Assembly: GCF_963921235.1 (NCBI RefSeq)
Contig: NC_086102.1
Location: 79,112,001-79,176,000 of the forward strand
DNA: 64,000 bases
Source of the DNA: Mobula hypostoma
Lineage: Eukaryota
Reading direction: 5' to 3'
Shown: piece after piece, positions 1-11,773 of the stretch
Layout of the letters: each line of letters opens with the position of its first letter
Position numbering within the stretch: the first letter of the stretch is position 1
Position numbers and translations under genes: made by a program
The notes under the pieces: model-generated
What the model saw: the letters and a program-made list of their open reading frames with translations, nothing else
Database searches by the model: none
Told to the model about the DNA's origin: nothing

Positions 1-1449
1 ACTAACTTTTTACCATTAATAGACCATATTACTCAACTTTCATCTAAATGGTTTCCTTTATATTTAACTTTGATTGGTCGTATTAATGCAGTTAAGATGT
101 TTTTTTTGCCAAAATTTTTATATGTGTTTCAGGCATTACCAATTTTCGTTCCTAAATCTTTTTTTGATAAAGTCGACTCTAAAATTTCTTCATTTATTTG
201 GCAGAATAAGAATCCGAGACTGGGTAAAATACATTTACAGAAAGCTAAGAGAGATGGAGGTTTAGCATTACCTAACTTTAGATTTTATTATTGGGCTATT
301 AATATTCGACATATGAAATTTTGGTTACTTGACCGGGATATACTATCTATTCCTAAATGGGTAGCATTGGAATTACAATCTGTTCAGGGTTATACACTTG
401 GTTCTATTTTAGGTTCATCTCTTCCTTTTGATTCGAAACGCCTTAAGCAGGTCTCTAACCCGATCGTTAAATATGCTTTGCGTATTTGGTTTCAATTCAG
501 AAAATTTTTTGATCTTAATCAATTCGGGTTAGCGATTCCTATTTTAGGTAACATATTTTTTCCTCCCTCTTTTACGGATCGCGCTTTTCAAACTTGGAAG
601 ACTAAGGGTATTTTACGGTTTTTGGATTTATTTTTAGATGGTTCCCTTATGTCTTTTGAACAATTATCTAATAAATATAACCTATCAAGAATACATTTTT
701 TTAGATATTTACAAGTTAGAAATTTTCTAAGTACTATACTTCCTTCCTTTCCAATGCTTCCTCCTATATATATTTTAGATTCGATAATTAACCTTAATCC
801 ATGTCAGAAAGGTGCATCGGCTATGATTTATAATATTATTATGAAACTCAGGAAAGCTCCATTTGATAAGATTAGGGTAGATTGGGAACAGGAATTGGGG
901 CTTACCATTTCTGTGGATGATTGGGGGCAGATTTTACAATTAGTTAATACTTCCTCTATTTGTGCTAAACATTCCCTAATTCAATTTAAAGTGGTGCATA
1001 GAGCACATATGTCCAAAGATAAGTTAGCGCGTTTTTACTCGCATATTAATCCTTTCTGTGATAGATGTTCGGGGCAGATAGCCTCTTTAACTCATATGTT
1101 TTGGTCTTGCCCTACTTTGGAAACTTTTTGGAGAGATATTTTCAATATTATTTCTAAAGTATTAAATATAGATATCTCTCCTCACCCTATTACTGCTATC
1201 TTTGGACTACCTAAAATTTCTAGTAATCTTTCCCCTTCAGCCCGTAGAATGATTGCATTTCTTACTTTAATGGCGAAAAGATGTATTTTACAACATTGGA
1301 AAGAGCTTAATGCTCCAACTACCTTTTTTTGGTTTTCTCAGACGATTTTATGTTTGAATCTGGAGAAAATTAGAAGTAACCTTCATGATTCTTCATTTAA
1401 ATTTGAACAGATTTGGGGACCTTTTATTCGATATTTTCATTTAATGTAA
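1..1449 (+). CDS. L1 ORF2p C-terminal region (continues upstream of window; no stops or frameshifts in view)
   Basis: Supplied ORF 70..1449 plus stop-free codons from base 1; CCHC motif typical of L1 ORF2. Confidence 0.88.
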   Translation, partial: TNFLPLIDHITQLSSKWFPLYLTLIGRINAVKMFFLPKFLYVFQALPIFVPKSFFDKVDSKISSFIWQNKNPRLGKIHLQKAKRDGGLALPNFRFYYWAINIRHMKFWLLDRDILSIPKWVALELQSVQGYTLGSILGSSLPFDSKRLKQVSNPIVKYALRIWFQFRKFFDLNQFGLAIPILGNIFFPPSFTDRAFQTWKTKGILRFLDLFLDGSLMSFEQLSNKYNLSRIHFFRYLQVRNFLSTILPSFPMLPPIYILDSIINLNPCQKGASAMIYNIIMKLRKAPFDKIRVDWEQELGLTISVDDWGQILQLVNTSSICAKHSLIQFKVVHRAHMSKDKLARFYSHINPFCDRCSGQIASLTHMFWSCPTLETFWRDIFNIISKVLNIDISPHPITAIFGLPKISSNLSPSARRMIAFLTLMAKRCILQHWKELNAPTTFFWFSQTILCLNLEKIRSNLHDSSFKFEQIWGPFIRYFHLM

Positions 1450-1800
1450 TATTTACCCTTCTTGTTTTTTTTTCACTGTTTTAATGGAGGTCGGGATTGA
1501 GGACGTGATTTTAAGTTTAACTCTGTTTGGTTTCAAGTTAGCCCATTGCTTTGCTTTGCTTTTAGTTAGTTGCACGGTGGGTTTTTTTTTGGGGGGTTTT
1601 TTTTTCTTTTTTTCTATTGATATATATAAAATCTAGTATACTATTATGTTATTTTGGTTTCTTATGCTTAAATTACATTGTTTGTAGTATTTTCTTTTTG
1701 GTATTGTTATCTTTTGGAATTTTATTATACTTTAACATTGTATTAATGTTTATATGGCTTACCTTTTTTGTATACTTACTCAATAAAAAGATTTAAAAAG
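1..1800 (+). mobile_element. LINE-1 clade non-LTR retrotransposon, 3' part (ORF2 C-terminus, T-rich 3' UTR, polyA signal)
   Basis: Frame 1 is open from base 1 to TAA at 1447-1449. It contains post-RT motifs (GRINAVKMFFLPKFLYVFQ, GGLALPNFRFYYWA) and the C-terminal zinc knuckle CDRC...HMFWSC. AATAAA lies at 1782-1787, followed by an A-rich end. Confidence 0.93.
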
Positions 1801-1928
1801 AAAGATGATGGATCTGATTTTGATGTGTTCCCTTTAAGACACCAGATGTGATATCAGTTTCATCTGAAAGTCAACCATACCTAGTAGTGCAGTGTCTTCC
1901 AGTACCAGACTGTAATATCTTCCTAGCA

Positions 1929-2010
1929 CAGGGGTTCCCAACCTTTTTGTTATACCATGGACCCGTACCATTAACCGAGGGCCTGGTGGACCCCAGGTTG
2001 GAAACCCCTG
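1929..2010. mobile_element. hAT-type MITE (~82 bp)
   Basis: TIRs CAGGGGTTCCCAACCT / AGGTTGGAAACCCCTG. Flanks tcctagca / acctagat share a CCTAG core (degenerate 8-bp TSD). A second, inverted copy lies at ~13000-13080. Confidence 0.75.
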
Positions 2011-2139
2011 ACCTAGATGATCTTTTCAAGCTTTTGGAATGTGATTTAGACCTACAGCCTCTCGTCAGAGAATTGTACAGAATAGGAACAGAATCTTTGG
2101 CCCACTGTGTCTAAGTCAACCTTATTGTCCATCTATACC

Positions 2140-2885
2140 AATCCTATTTGACCACGTTATTAATGTATCCTGCTAATGTTCCTATTTAGTGTCTGTCTAA
2201 ATGCCTCTTAAATGTAGTGGCTGTATCTGATTCCACTATCTCTTCTGACAGCGAGATATCTATCACTCTCTGTGTAAAAGAAACTTCGTTCTGATACTCC
2301 AAGGCCCCTTGTCCTCACTTTAAAACTAAGCCCTCTTATTTTGATACCACTACCATGGGAAAAAGATTCTTGATTATCTACCCTGTCTATGCCTCTCCTT
2401 TGCTACATGGATAACAAGTTCAACCTGTCTAATCTGTCTTCATGAGTAAAGTCCTCCAATCCAGACAACATCCTGGTTAATCTCCTTTGCACTTTCTCAA
2501 GCATGATCCCATTATTCCTACAGTGTGGCGACCGGAATAATGCTCTAATTGCAGTGTTGTGTAAAATTGCAGCATAACCTGCCAACTTTTATATTCTAAG
2601 CCATGAATTATAAAGGCAAGTGTCCCTTGTGTCGTCTTTATCCTCTATATCTAGCTGCGTTGCCATTTTTAGGGAACTATGGACTTGAACCCCAAGGTCC
2701 CTCTGTTCATCAACATTCCTTAATGTCTTCCTGTTTATTTTATGTCAAAACCTTATTTGACCTCCCAAATTTATCATCCCACACTTGTTGGGACTAAATT
2801 CCATCCACCAATGCTCCACCCAAATTTCCAACTGATCTATATCCTGTTGTAGCTTTAGACAGTCTTCCTTGTTATCTGCAACACC
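2140..2885 (-). mobile_element. CR1 LINE 3' fragment (degenerate)
   Basis: Minus-strand ORF LEKVQRRLTRMLSGLEDFTHEDRLDRLNLLS is the typical CR1 ORF2 C-terminal motif. Confidence 0.8.
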
Positions 2886-2896
2886 ATCTAGTCATC

Positions 2897-3480
2897 AGAA
2901 TCAAGTTTACTATCACCGGCATATGTCATGAAATTTGTTGTTATGTGGCAGTTGTACATTGCAATACATAATAAAATAACTATAAATTATAGTAAGTACA
3001 TATTTAATTTATATTTTAATAAGTAGTGCAAAAAGAGAGGGGAGAAAACTTAAGTACTGTTCATAGATTCGATGTCCATTCAGAAATCAGATGGCAGAGG
3101 GGAAGAAGCTGTTGCTGGATTGCTGAGTGTGTACACTCAGGCTTCTGTGCCTCCTCCCTGATAGTAGCAATGAGATGAAGGCATGTCCTGGGTGATGGGG
3201 CTCCTTAATGATGGATGCCATTTTTTTTTAGGCATTGCTCGTTGAAGGTATCCTGAATGTTGGGGAGGCTAGCTAGTTCCCATGTGGGAGATGACTGAAT
3301 TTACAACTTTCTGCAGCTTATATTGGTCCTGTGCAGTGGCCCCTCCATACCAGATAGTGATGCAGGCAGTCAGAATATTCTCCAAGGTACATCTGTAGAA
3401 ACTTGTGAGTTTCTTTGGTGATGTACCAAATCTCCTCAAACTTCTAATGAAATATAACCACAGTCATGCCTTCTTTGTAA
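2897..3480 (-). mobile_element. Rex1/Babar LINE 3' fragment with (ATTCTG)n-type tail
   Basis: Same tail and 3' region as copies at 15136-15700, 29330-29655 and 35520-35600. Confidence 0.7.
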
Positions 3481-4299
3481 CTTACTGCAGACCTTCCAAT
3501 TGCTTCCCTTATGATCCAAGTCATTAATATATTTTATAAACAGTAAAGATTCCAGTATCCCTGTAGTGTACCATTGGTCAAACTCTCGATCAGAAAAACA
3601 GCCTTTCACCACGACTCTGTCTCCTATCAACAAGCTAATTTTGGATCTAAATTAGTAGTTTAAAATGCCTTCAACCCAAAGCATGGACTGTCGATTTCTC
3701 TCAATGATGTTGCCTAACCCACTGAGTTCCTCTAGAGTTTTGCTCCTGTCTCCAGATTCCAGCATCTGCAGTCCCTCATGTCTCGCCGTCTTCACCTTTG
3801 ATTTTGTGTACCAGCTTCCCGTGCAGGCCTCTGTCACATACTTTACTAAAGTCCATAATAATGATGTCGATCTCCCTGCCTTCATCAACTTTCTTAGTTA
3901 CCGCCTCAAAAGACGTAGTCAAATTTGTTTATCCTGCACAGAGCCGTGCTGTCTATCCCTGATCAGCCCCAAATGTACATAAATGCTATTCCTTAGAATT
4001 TTCTTCAATAATTCCCTACCCTGACAGAGGCTCACAGAGCTGAAGTTTCCTGGCTTATCTCTGTTGCCTTCTAAAAATGAACATTAGCTCTCCTCCAGTC
4101 TTCTGCTACCAAAGTAGCACCAGGGAGGGGTGACTTATTGTATGCAGCTCCCAAGGGAATTGTTAAGTATTCCTGTTTACAACTGCTATAGCTGAAATCT
4201 GCCACCACAGACACTGCAGGAATCAACATTGTTCAAATCACTTAAATAAACTACAAACTTTCAGAACTGACATACTCAGGACTGCAGAGCACCCAGGGA

Positions 4300-5240
4300 C
4301 TGAGTGCAACAGATGGAAGCTCAGGGAGCGTCTCTACTGTCTCATGAGTTCCAGGGAGAGCTCCAGGTAAAACAGAAGCATAGAGTACCAAGCCACACGC
4401 TACCCCCGCCACCCCCTGCAATTTGCCTGGCTAATGTGCAGTCTCTGGAGGATAAAACTGAAAACCTCAGGGTGAGATTGCAGTATCAGAGGGATATCAT
4501 GTACTCTGCTTCACAGAGACATTGCTCACCTCCAGCACAGTGGGCCATGAGGTCACCATCCACTGCATGGGCTGGACGGCAGCATCAGGTAAAGGCAGAG
4601 GTGATGATGTTTGCTTCATGGGCAATTTATTGTGGTGCACAAACGTGTTGGTTCTACTCTCCTGACCTGGAACATCTGGTAGTCAAGAAACATCCATTCT
4701 ATCTGCCAAAGGAGTTCTCCTTCATCATCTTGGTACCAGTGTATGTTCCACCCCTAGCAAATGTCAAGCTGGCACTGGAGGAGCTGAACATTATAATCAA
4801 CAGTCACAAGACAAGGCACTCTGACACCAGTCTGATCATTGTGGGTGATTTCAACCAGGTCAGCTTGAAGAAATCTCTGCAAACTACCACAAACATTTCA
4901 CCTACAGAACCAGAGGAGTCAATACACTTGAGTACCACCATCAAGAATGCTTACACAAACAAGAGAAAATCTGCAGATGCTGGAAATCCAAGCAACACAC
5001 ATAAAATGCTGGAGGAACTCAGCAGTCCTGATGAAGGGTCTTGGCCCAAAACGTTGACTGTACTCTTTTCCATAGATGCTGCCTGGCCTGCTGAGTTCCT
5101 CCAGCATTTTGTGTGTGTTGTCAAGAATGCCTACCATGCTATCCCATGCCCGCATTTTGGCAAGTACAATCACCTGGCTATACCACCACTTCCGGCATTT
5201 AGGAAGATTGTGGAGGAAATTTTGCTGCCAAACTGAACTG
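4300..5240 (+). mobile_element. Rex1/Babar LINE fragment, AP-endonuclease region, interrupted by a Penelope-derived insert
   Basis: LANVQSLEDK, HPFYLPKEFS..ILVPVYVPP and IIVGDFNQ are APE-domain motifs. Confidence 0.8.
4955..5120. mobile_element. Penelope-like pseudo-LTR fold-back insertion with 14-bp TSD
   Basis: TSD tcaagaatgc(t/c)tac at 4941-4954 and 5121-5134. A 33-bp inverted repeat (4993-5025 / 5088-5120) encloses a degenerate hammerhead at 5024-5059. Confidence 0.8.
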
Positions 5241-5254
5241 ACTAGGATCTACAA

Positions 5255-6000
5255 GTGAGGAAATTGAGGATCCAGTTGCACAGGAGGTATTGAGGCGGAC
5301 GTCTCAGAGATTATTGAGTAGCTTTGAGAAGATGATAGTCTTGAATGCCGAGCTGTCGTCAATGAAGAGCATCCTGATGTATGCATTGTCACTGTCCAGA
5401 TGTTCAAGTGCTGAGTAGAGAGCCAATGAAATGGCATCAGATTTTGACCTGTTGTGATGGTAGGCAAATGGGAGCAGATCTAAGTCACTCCTCAGACAGG
5501 AGTTGATATGCTTCATCACAGAGGCAAATTACCACATTCTTCTTGGGCACTGGTATAATTGAAGCCCACTTGAAGAAGGTGAGTACCTCAGCCTGCCTAA
5601 GTGAGAGATTAAAGATATCAGTGAACACTCCAGCTAGTTGAATAGAACAGGTCTTCAGTACTTGGGCAGGTACCCCACCTGGGTGATGCTTTCCATGGGT
5701 TCACCCCCCAAAGGGTGCTCTCACATCGGTCTCAGAGACTGAACTCACAGGGTTCTTGGGGGCTGTGGGAGGTCGTAAAGGTTTCTCCGTGTTTTGACAG
5801 TCAAAGTGAGCATAAAAGGTATTGAGCTAATCTGGGAGTAAAACTTTGTTGTCATCTTTGTCACTTGGCTTCATTTTGTAAGAGGTGATACCATTCTAGC
5901 CCTGCCACAGCTGTCGAGCATCCTTCAGTGCTTCAAGTTTAGTTCACGTGTGAGATGGCTTTCAGAAGGTCGTACCTGGTGCTTTTGCATTTTACTAGAT
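5255..6000 (-). mobile_element. Rex1/Babar RT fragment, inverted
   Basis: DLDLLPFAYHHNRSKSDAISLALYSALEHLD...MLFIDDSSAF (ORF 5304-5519). Confidence 0.8.
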
Positions 6001-6039
6001 TGCCACAGCACTAAAGTTGAGGACTGCAACAGTATGATC

Positions 6040-7990
6040 CAAGGAGGTGGAGGAGAATATACATGACCACTTCAAATTGTTGAACTGGAGCATGTTCAAA
6101 GATTAATCTGTGGATCTGAATGAAAGAGGGGATTCGCAGTCTGCTGAGCGCTAAATCTGTGCTGATCAAGACTGGCAATCCAGAATTCTACACGAAGTCT
6201 AGGTATGACTTACAAAAGGCTATGGCAAGTGTGAAAAGGCAATTCTGTGTGAAATTAGAGTTAAATGATGCACGACAACCATGGCAGTGTTTGTATCCCA
6301 TTAGTTCCGAACAACAACCTAATTACATAAGTAGCTTTGATGCTCAATTCCCCAGTGAGCTCAATGCCTTTATGCATTCTTTGAAACAGAGGAACACACC
6401 GCCTGTGCAAATCCCTGGAGCCTCTGGCGACCCTGTGATCTCTGTCTTAGAGGTGGACATCAGAACATCCTTCAGGAGGGTGAACCCTTGCAAGGCATCA
6501 GGCCCAGATGGAGTACCTGGCCAGGTGCTGATCAACTGGCTAGAATGTTAAAAGGCATCTTCAATCTCTCACTGCTGCAGTTTAATGTTTCCACCTGCTT
6601 CAAAAGACCAGTAGTCGTAGCAGTGTCAAAGAAGAGCAGGGTGAGCTGCCTTAATGATTGTGAACTAGGAGAACATCTTCCATAATGAAGTGCTTTGAGA
6701 GCTCCATCATTCAAGACCTTCACCATCTGGGGAATGCCCTCTTTTCCAACATGAGGGAGGAGATACAGGAGCCTGAAGACCCACACTCAATATTTCAGGA
6801 ACAGCTTATTCTCCTCCGTCATCAGATTTCCGAACACTCCATAAACTTGTAAACATTACCTTATTCCTTTTTGCACCATGTCTCTAACTGCTGCCGTTAG
6901 AGGTTCCCATCTGCTTCAAAAGATGATCAATCATACCAGAAGAGCAGGGAGAGTATCTCCTGATAGCACTCACATCTATTATGATGAAGTGCTTTGAGAA
7001 GTTGATCATGGCTAGAATTAACCCCTGCTCCAACAAAGACCTGGAGACACTGCAAATTGCCTACTGCTACAAGAGGTTGACACCAGACACAACCTTACTG
7101 ACTCTATTCAGCTTTGGAGCAATACATCAGACTGCTATTTATTGATTACAGCAGCGTGTTCAACACCATCATCCCCTCACTACTATTGAATGAGTTTCAG
7201 AGCCTGGCCTCTGTACCTCCTGCTACAACTGGATCTTTGACTTCCTTACTGGGAGACCAAAGTCAGTGTGAATCAGTAATAACATCTCCTCCTCTCTGAC
7301 AACCAACACAGGTGTACCTCAAGGATGCAAACTTGGCCTACTACCTCACACTCTCTACACTCACGACCATGTGTCTAGGCAGAACCCAAGCGCCATCTAT
7401 AAATTTACTAATGATACCACTGTTGTTGGCAGAATCTCAGAAGGCAATGAGGAGACATACAGGTGTGAGATAGATCAGTTGGTTGAGTGGGGTCACAACA
7501 ACATCCTGGCACTCAACATCAGTAAGACCAAGGAACTGAGTGTGGACTTCAGGAAGGAGAAATGAGAGAACACACACCAGTTCTCTCTGTAGGGTCAGTG
7601 GTGGAAAGGATAAGCAGCTTCAAGTTCCTGGGCGACAAGTTTATTCTACCTTATTCTAGCTCAATACAGTGTGTAATGATTTGATCTGTATGAACAGTAG
7701 GCATGACAAGCTTTTCACTGTACATTGGTAAATGAGACAATAATACACCAATACCCATCTCAGAAGATCTATCCAGGGCCTAACACACTGATACAGTCAT
7801 GAAGAAAGCACACCAGTGGCTCTTCTTCTTTAGGAGTTTGAGGAGATTTTGATGAGATACTAAAGAAGACTTTCAAATTGTTACTGATGTAGAGTGGAAA
7901 GCATTCTGAGATACTAAAGAAGACTTTCCAATTGCTGCTGATGTACAGTGGAAAGCATTTTGACTGGTTGAGTCTCTGCCTAGTTTGGAG
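6040..7990 (+). mobile_element. Rex1/Babar LINE, degenerate RT region with nested fragments
   Basis: KASGPDGVPG, LLFIDYSSVFNTIIP and IYKFTNDTTVVG (degenerate FADD-type motif) in broken frames. Confidence 0.8.
7853..7960 (+). repeat. 54-bp tandem duplication
   Basis: tgagatactaaagaagacttt...gtggaaagcatt occurs at 7853-7906 and 7907-7960 with few mismatches. Confidence 0.9.
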
Positions 7991-8020
7991 CCTCCGATAC
8001 ATAGGCTCCATAATGGGTAT

Positions 8021-8811
8021 AACTCTCCGTGATTCCTTTGTCAATTGGTCCCTCTCTGCTAATTGCTCACCTGGCACGTAGCCCTCCAAGTGACAGGAAT
8101 GCTACACCTGCCCAAACAGCCCTTCCAGCTGAGGCAAGACTTCACCTGTGAATCTGCAGGAGCTGTCTACTGCATCTGGTGCTCTTGATGCAGCCTCCTC
8201 TACTTTGAGGAGACAAGGTGTAAATTGGGGGACTGGTTAGTTGAACACCTCTGCTCTATCTACCAAAAGCGTGATTTCCCCATGTCCAACCATTTTAATT
8301 CCTATCCCCATTTACCTTCCAACATGTTCGTCCATGGCCTCCGCTTTTGCCACAGTGTGGAAGCTCTCTGTGTGGGGAGCAACACCTCATATTCTGTGTA
8401 GGTGGCCTCCAACCTGATGGCATGAACATAGATTTCTCCTTCCAGTAATTTTCTTTTTCCTTTTCCCTTTCCCTCTTCTTCTGTTACCCACTCTGGCCTT
8501 TTAACTTTTCTCCTCACCTGCCTCTCACCTCCCCCAGTTCACTTCCCTCTCCTATCAGATTCCTTCCTCTCCAGCCCTTTACCTGTACTACCCACCTGGC
8601 TTCACCTATCACCTTCTAGCTAATCCACCTTCCCATCCCCCACTCTTTTATTCTGGCATCTTGCCCTTTCCATTCCAGTCCTGAAGAAGGGTCTCAGTCC
8701 AAAACATCGACTGTTTATTCATTTGCATAGATGCTGCCTGATTGCCGAGTTCCTCCAGCATTTTGTGTGCATTGCTCTGGATTTCCAGCATCTGCAGAAT
8801 CTCTTGTGTGT
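8021..8811 (+). mobile_element. Penelope-like element 3' fragment (GIY-YIG endonuclease remnant plus pseudo-LTR)
   Basis: From 8141: FTCESAGAVYCIWCS*CSLLYFEETRCKLGDWLVEHL, then a ...LQPDGMN C-terminus, a pyrimidine-rich UTR and a degenerate hammerhead at 8677-8712. Confidence 0.85.
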
Positions 8812-9063
8812 ATCACCTCCCTTGCTCCCCATAGCACTGTCTCAAGCCTACCACTGAGCAACAGCTTTACAGCGCTGCTCTTGGCTGGAGAAAAAATAAA
8901 TTCAAAACTACTCATGGAAGCCAGGAATATATGTGTTCCTACGATTGCGTCAGTTGTATATTTTACCTTAGGGAAATTAACGACTAAGCAAAGGACTCAG
9001 AGTATCTGATTAATGTGGCTGCTGAATCTGCTCAGAAATAGCTTTCAGGTATTTACTGGAAGA

Positions 9064-9195
9064 ACAAACGAGAGAAAATCTGCATATGCTGGAAATCCAA
9101 GCAACGCACACAAAATGCTGGAGGAACTCAGCAGGCCAGGCAGCATCTAAGGAAAAGAGTTCAGTTGATGTTTCTGACCGAGACCCTTCATTCAC
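9064..9195 (-). mobile_element. Penelope-like pseudo-LTR fragment
   Basis: Near-identical to the 4955 and 8700 terminal sequence; truncated hammerhead remnant. Confidence 0.75.
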
Positions 9196-9949
9196 GCATG
9201 CTATGAAACTTCAAAGCTCAAAGAACCATTGTAGGATGAGCAGTAGCTGGCTTGCTCCAGGTAGAGAGCTGACAGGAGAGTGATGGAAGCAAAGAATTTT
9301 CACAGGCTTTGGTTTCGAATCTGACTTAATATTGTAGGGAAATTAAGTGCCCAGATGACTGTGAATGCATGTTTTGGTTCTGTTAAGGATCATCAGCATA
9401 CCTAATTTTCTGTAATTTTTCCTAATACATTAATATTATGGGGTTTGTTTTAGTAGTAAAGGTTTTATTTCCAGTCAAGAAGGCACTGATCTGTGGTCTC
9501 TGTCAAGGTCGTGGTAAAGACTTCGTTGGTTTTTAGATTTTGGGGACAGAGAAGAGTGTTGGGTGTCAGGTTAGGGTTTAGAGACAATGATATGGTAGAG
9601 TTAGAGGTCAGGCCAAAGTTTAGGCCTCTGCTCCACTTTCGAAGGCCAATGAAGGAACATGCGACGAAGAACAACCATAGCCAGATGTTAGGCCAGTAAG
9701 GATGAGGCTAGTGTTGCCCTCACCCCAGGTCGTCAAGTCACCCCCAGATCGGTAGGCACGAGGGCCAGTGAACCCCAGATCAGCGAGTCGAGAATTCGAG
9801 GTCAGGGCCATGTCATCTGTGAGTCCTGGGGCCGATACTAAAGATCGAAGACAAAAAATGGCGAGTCTAGGAGTCTCTGGCAGATGTCCTAGGTCTGTGA
9901 GTCCACTGGGGAATTCAGAGGTGTGATATCTGCCAGTCCTCAATTTTAC

Positions 9950-10205
9950 TGGAGCTGTCTATCTTGGGGTTGGAGGACTGTCTGTGTACGAGTGGGTGGG
10001 AGGGAGGAAGAGGTCATGTTTTGCTACTGTTATTTTGCTGCTGTTGTTCTGTTGTTGTTGCTTGTGTTGTTCTGCTGAACATTGTAGGACTGCTATGTTG
10101 GTGCCACTTGCAGGCTGCCCCCAGCATATTCTTAGGTTGTGTTGGTTGTTAACGCATCTCACTGTATGTTTCAATGTACACGTGATAGATGAATCTGAAT
10201 GGAAT
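9950..10205 (+). mobile_element. Unclassified non-autonomous retroelement 3' end (TCTGAA-type tail); related copy at 60470-60920 on the minus strand
   Basis: Shared sequence tgttgcttgtgttgttc(t/a)gctga...gctatgttg...cacttgc(a/t)gg(c/t)tgccccc in both copies. Confidence 0.55.
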
Positions 10206-11150
10206 TTATTGCCAATGCTGTACAGATGAGAAATTCTCTTGCATTGTACAATGTTTTTGTAATGTGCATTTTGATGTCATTTGCAGCTAGATAGGTTTTA
10301 ACTCAACAGCTGAAACCTGCACTGGTGTTTCTTAACGAAGGTTTGGCCTTAGTTATTTTGCTGTTGTAGGGAATGAGTCGTCCATCATCGTGTAGCCTTG
10401 TCTTTGTTCAAGTATCTTCTTTACCTTCCCCCAAATCTTACTCCAGGCTCATGAGTGAATCAGATGTTAGAATGTTGGGATTTCTGAACTATCAGATGCT
10501 GGATTTTCCAAGTTTTAAATGTCTCAGAAGGAATTAGAAGAGAGAGAGAAGTGGGGATGCTGGAGGAATGGGTGCAGTCTTACAGGACAGTCAGTGTGGG
10601 ACCCTGGGTGTAATAGATCCAAAAGGTAAGGTAAGGGTAAATTCAGCCCCAGTTGGAGTGTGTTGTGTCCAATTTCAGTGTCCTGCTTCAGGAAGGATTC
10701 ACTGGGGATAGGGAAGATATTTAATGGAATGGTTAAAAGGATGAAGGTTTGCAATTATATGAACAGACTAGATCAATTAGGATTGATTTTCGTAAAGTAG
10801 AGGAGGTAACAGGCAGAGTTCTGTGAAAATGGTGCTGGCAAGACACTTTGACGCTTTGCAGGCAGCAAACAAAACTGCTGACAATTCTACTAAATATACT
10901 TTATCGAGTCTATCATCACTGCAATCCACAGCCTGTAATTTACCGCTGGGAGGCGTGCTTTTGAACTGTCTGTCCCTGGCGTTTTTGTGTGCAGCCCTCT
11001 GTCTGGGCTTGTCTGGACACTTGGCTCATTGACTAACTCCGCTAACAGCCCCGTGGCTCAGCAGTGAGGAGCAATATACATCAAGGGTTGGTATGATTTG
11101 GGGTTCAACCAAACAGGAAAGTTGGGATGTAGTGATTGTAGTGAATGCTG

Positions 11151-11773
11151 TGTAAATACTGCCCCATGTAAAGTTACTGTTCGCCAGAAAATTAACAGAG
11201 CGTACAGCAGCGTAAAATTACAGAAGAAATACATTTGCCAGATTTTCAACTTTAACGTTTACAGACAAAAAGAAGAAAATTAGAAGAGCCTATTAGAGTT
11301 AAACCAGTCTAAATGTGCACATAAATGTTGGAGCTTATTTCTGCAGTAGTCGGTTGTACCACTTTATTCATGCACTGGACCCATGGTCTGCGTGAGGCAC
11401 CCGCCACAGTCCAAATTTCCCTTGAAGACCGTCACAAATGAAACCGTCTCTGTCAGGAGTATTGGCCCTTCCTCCTTGCAGCTATGCATCTGCGCAAGTT
11501 ACTTCTTACAACTGGGACTCTCCTTCGAGCAGCATTCTGCTTCCCTTGTGCTCCACTCTGCAGCTCCTGCCCAAAAAGGACACCAAAGCACACTACTGTC
11601 CATCAGGAATCTTTCCCACGCAGCATTCTTCGATATTCTACTGGGCAGAAAGCTATGACAAATCCCAAGACAACCCCAATTGGCTGACACCACATTCCTA
11701 AGTTGGACAACATTGCTCCTTATCTTTAGCCGAAACCAAAACACACTTTCTAGCAGGGCACGCTGCTTTTACA
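11151..11773. mobile_element. Possible solo LTR
   Basis: Bounded by TGTAAA...TTTACA (TG..CA); no clear TSD. Confidence 0.3.

Noticed and set aside
4304-5236. 310-aa ORF as a novel gene
   Set aside because: Chimera of a decayed Rex1 endonuclease and an in-frame non-coding Penelope insert; parts are out of the ancestral frame.
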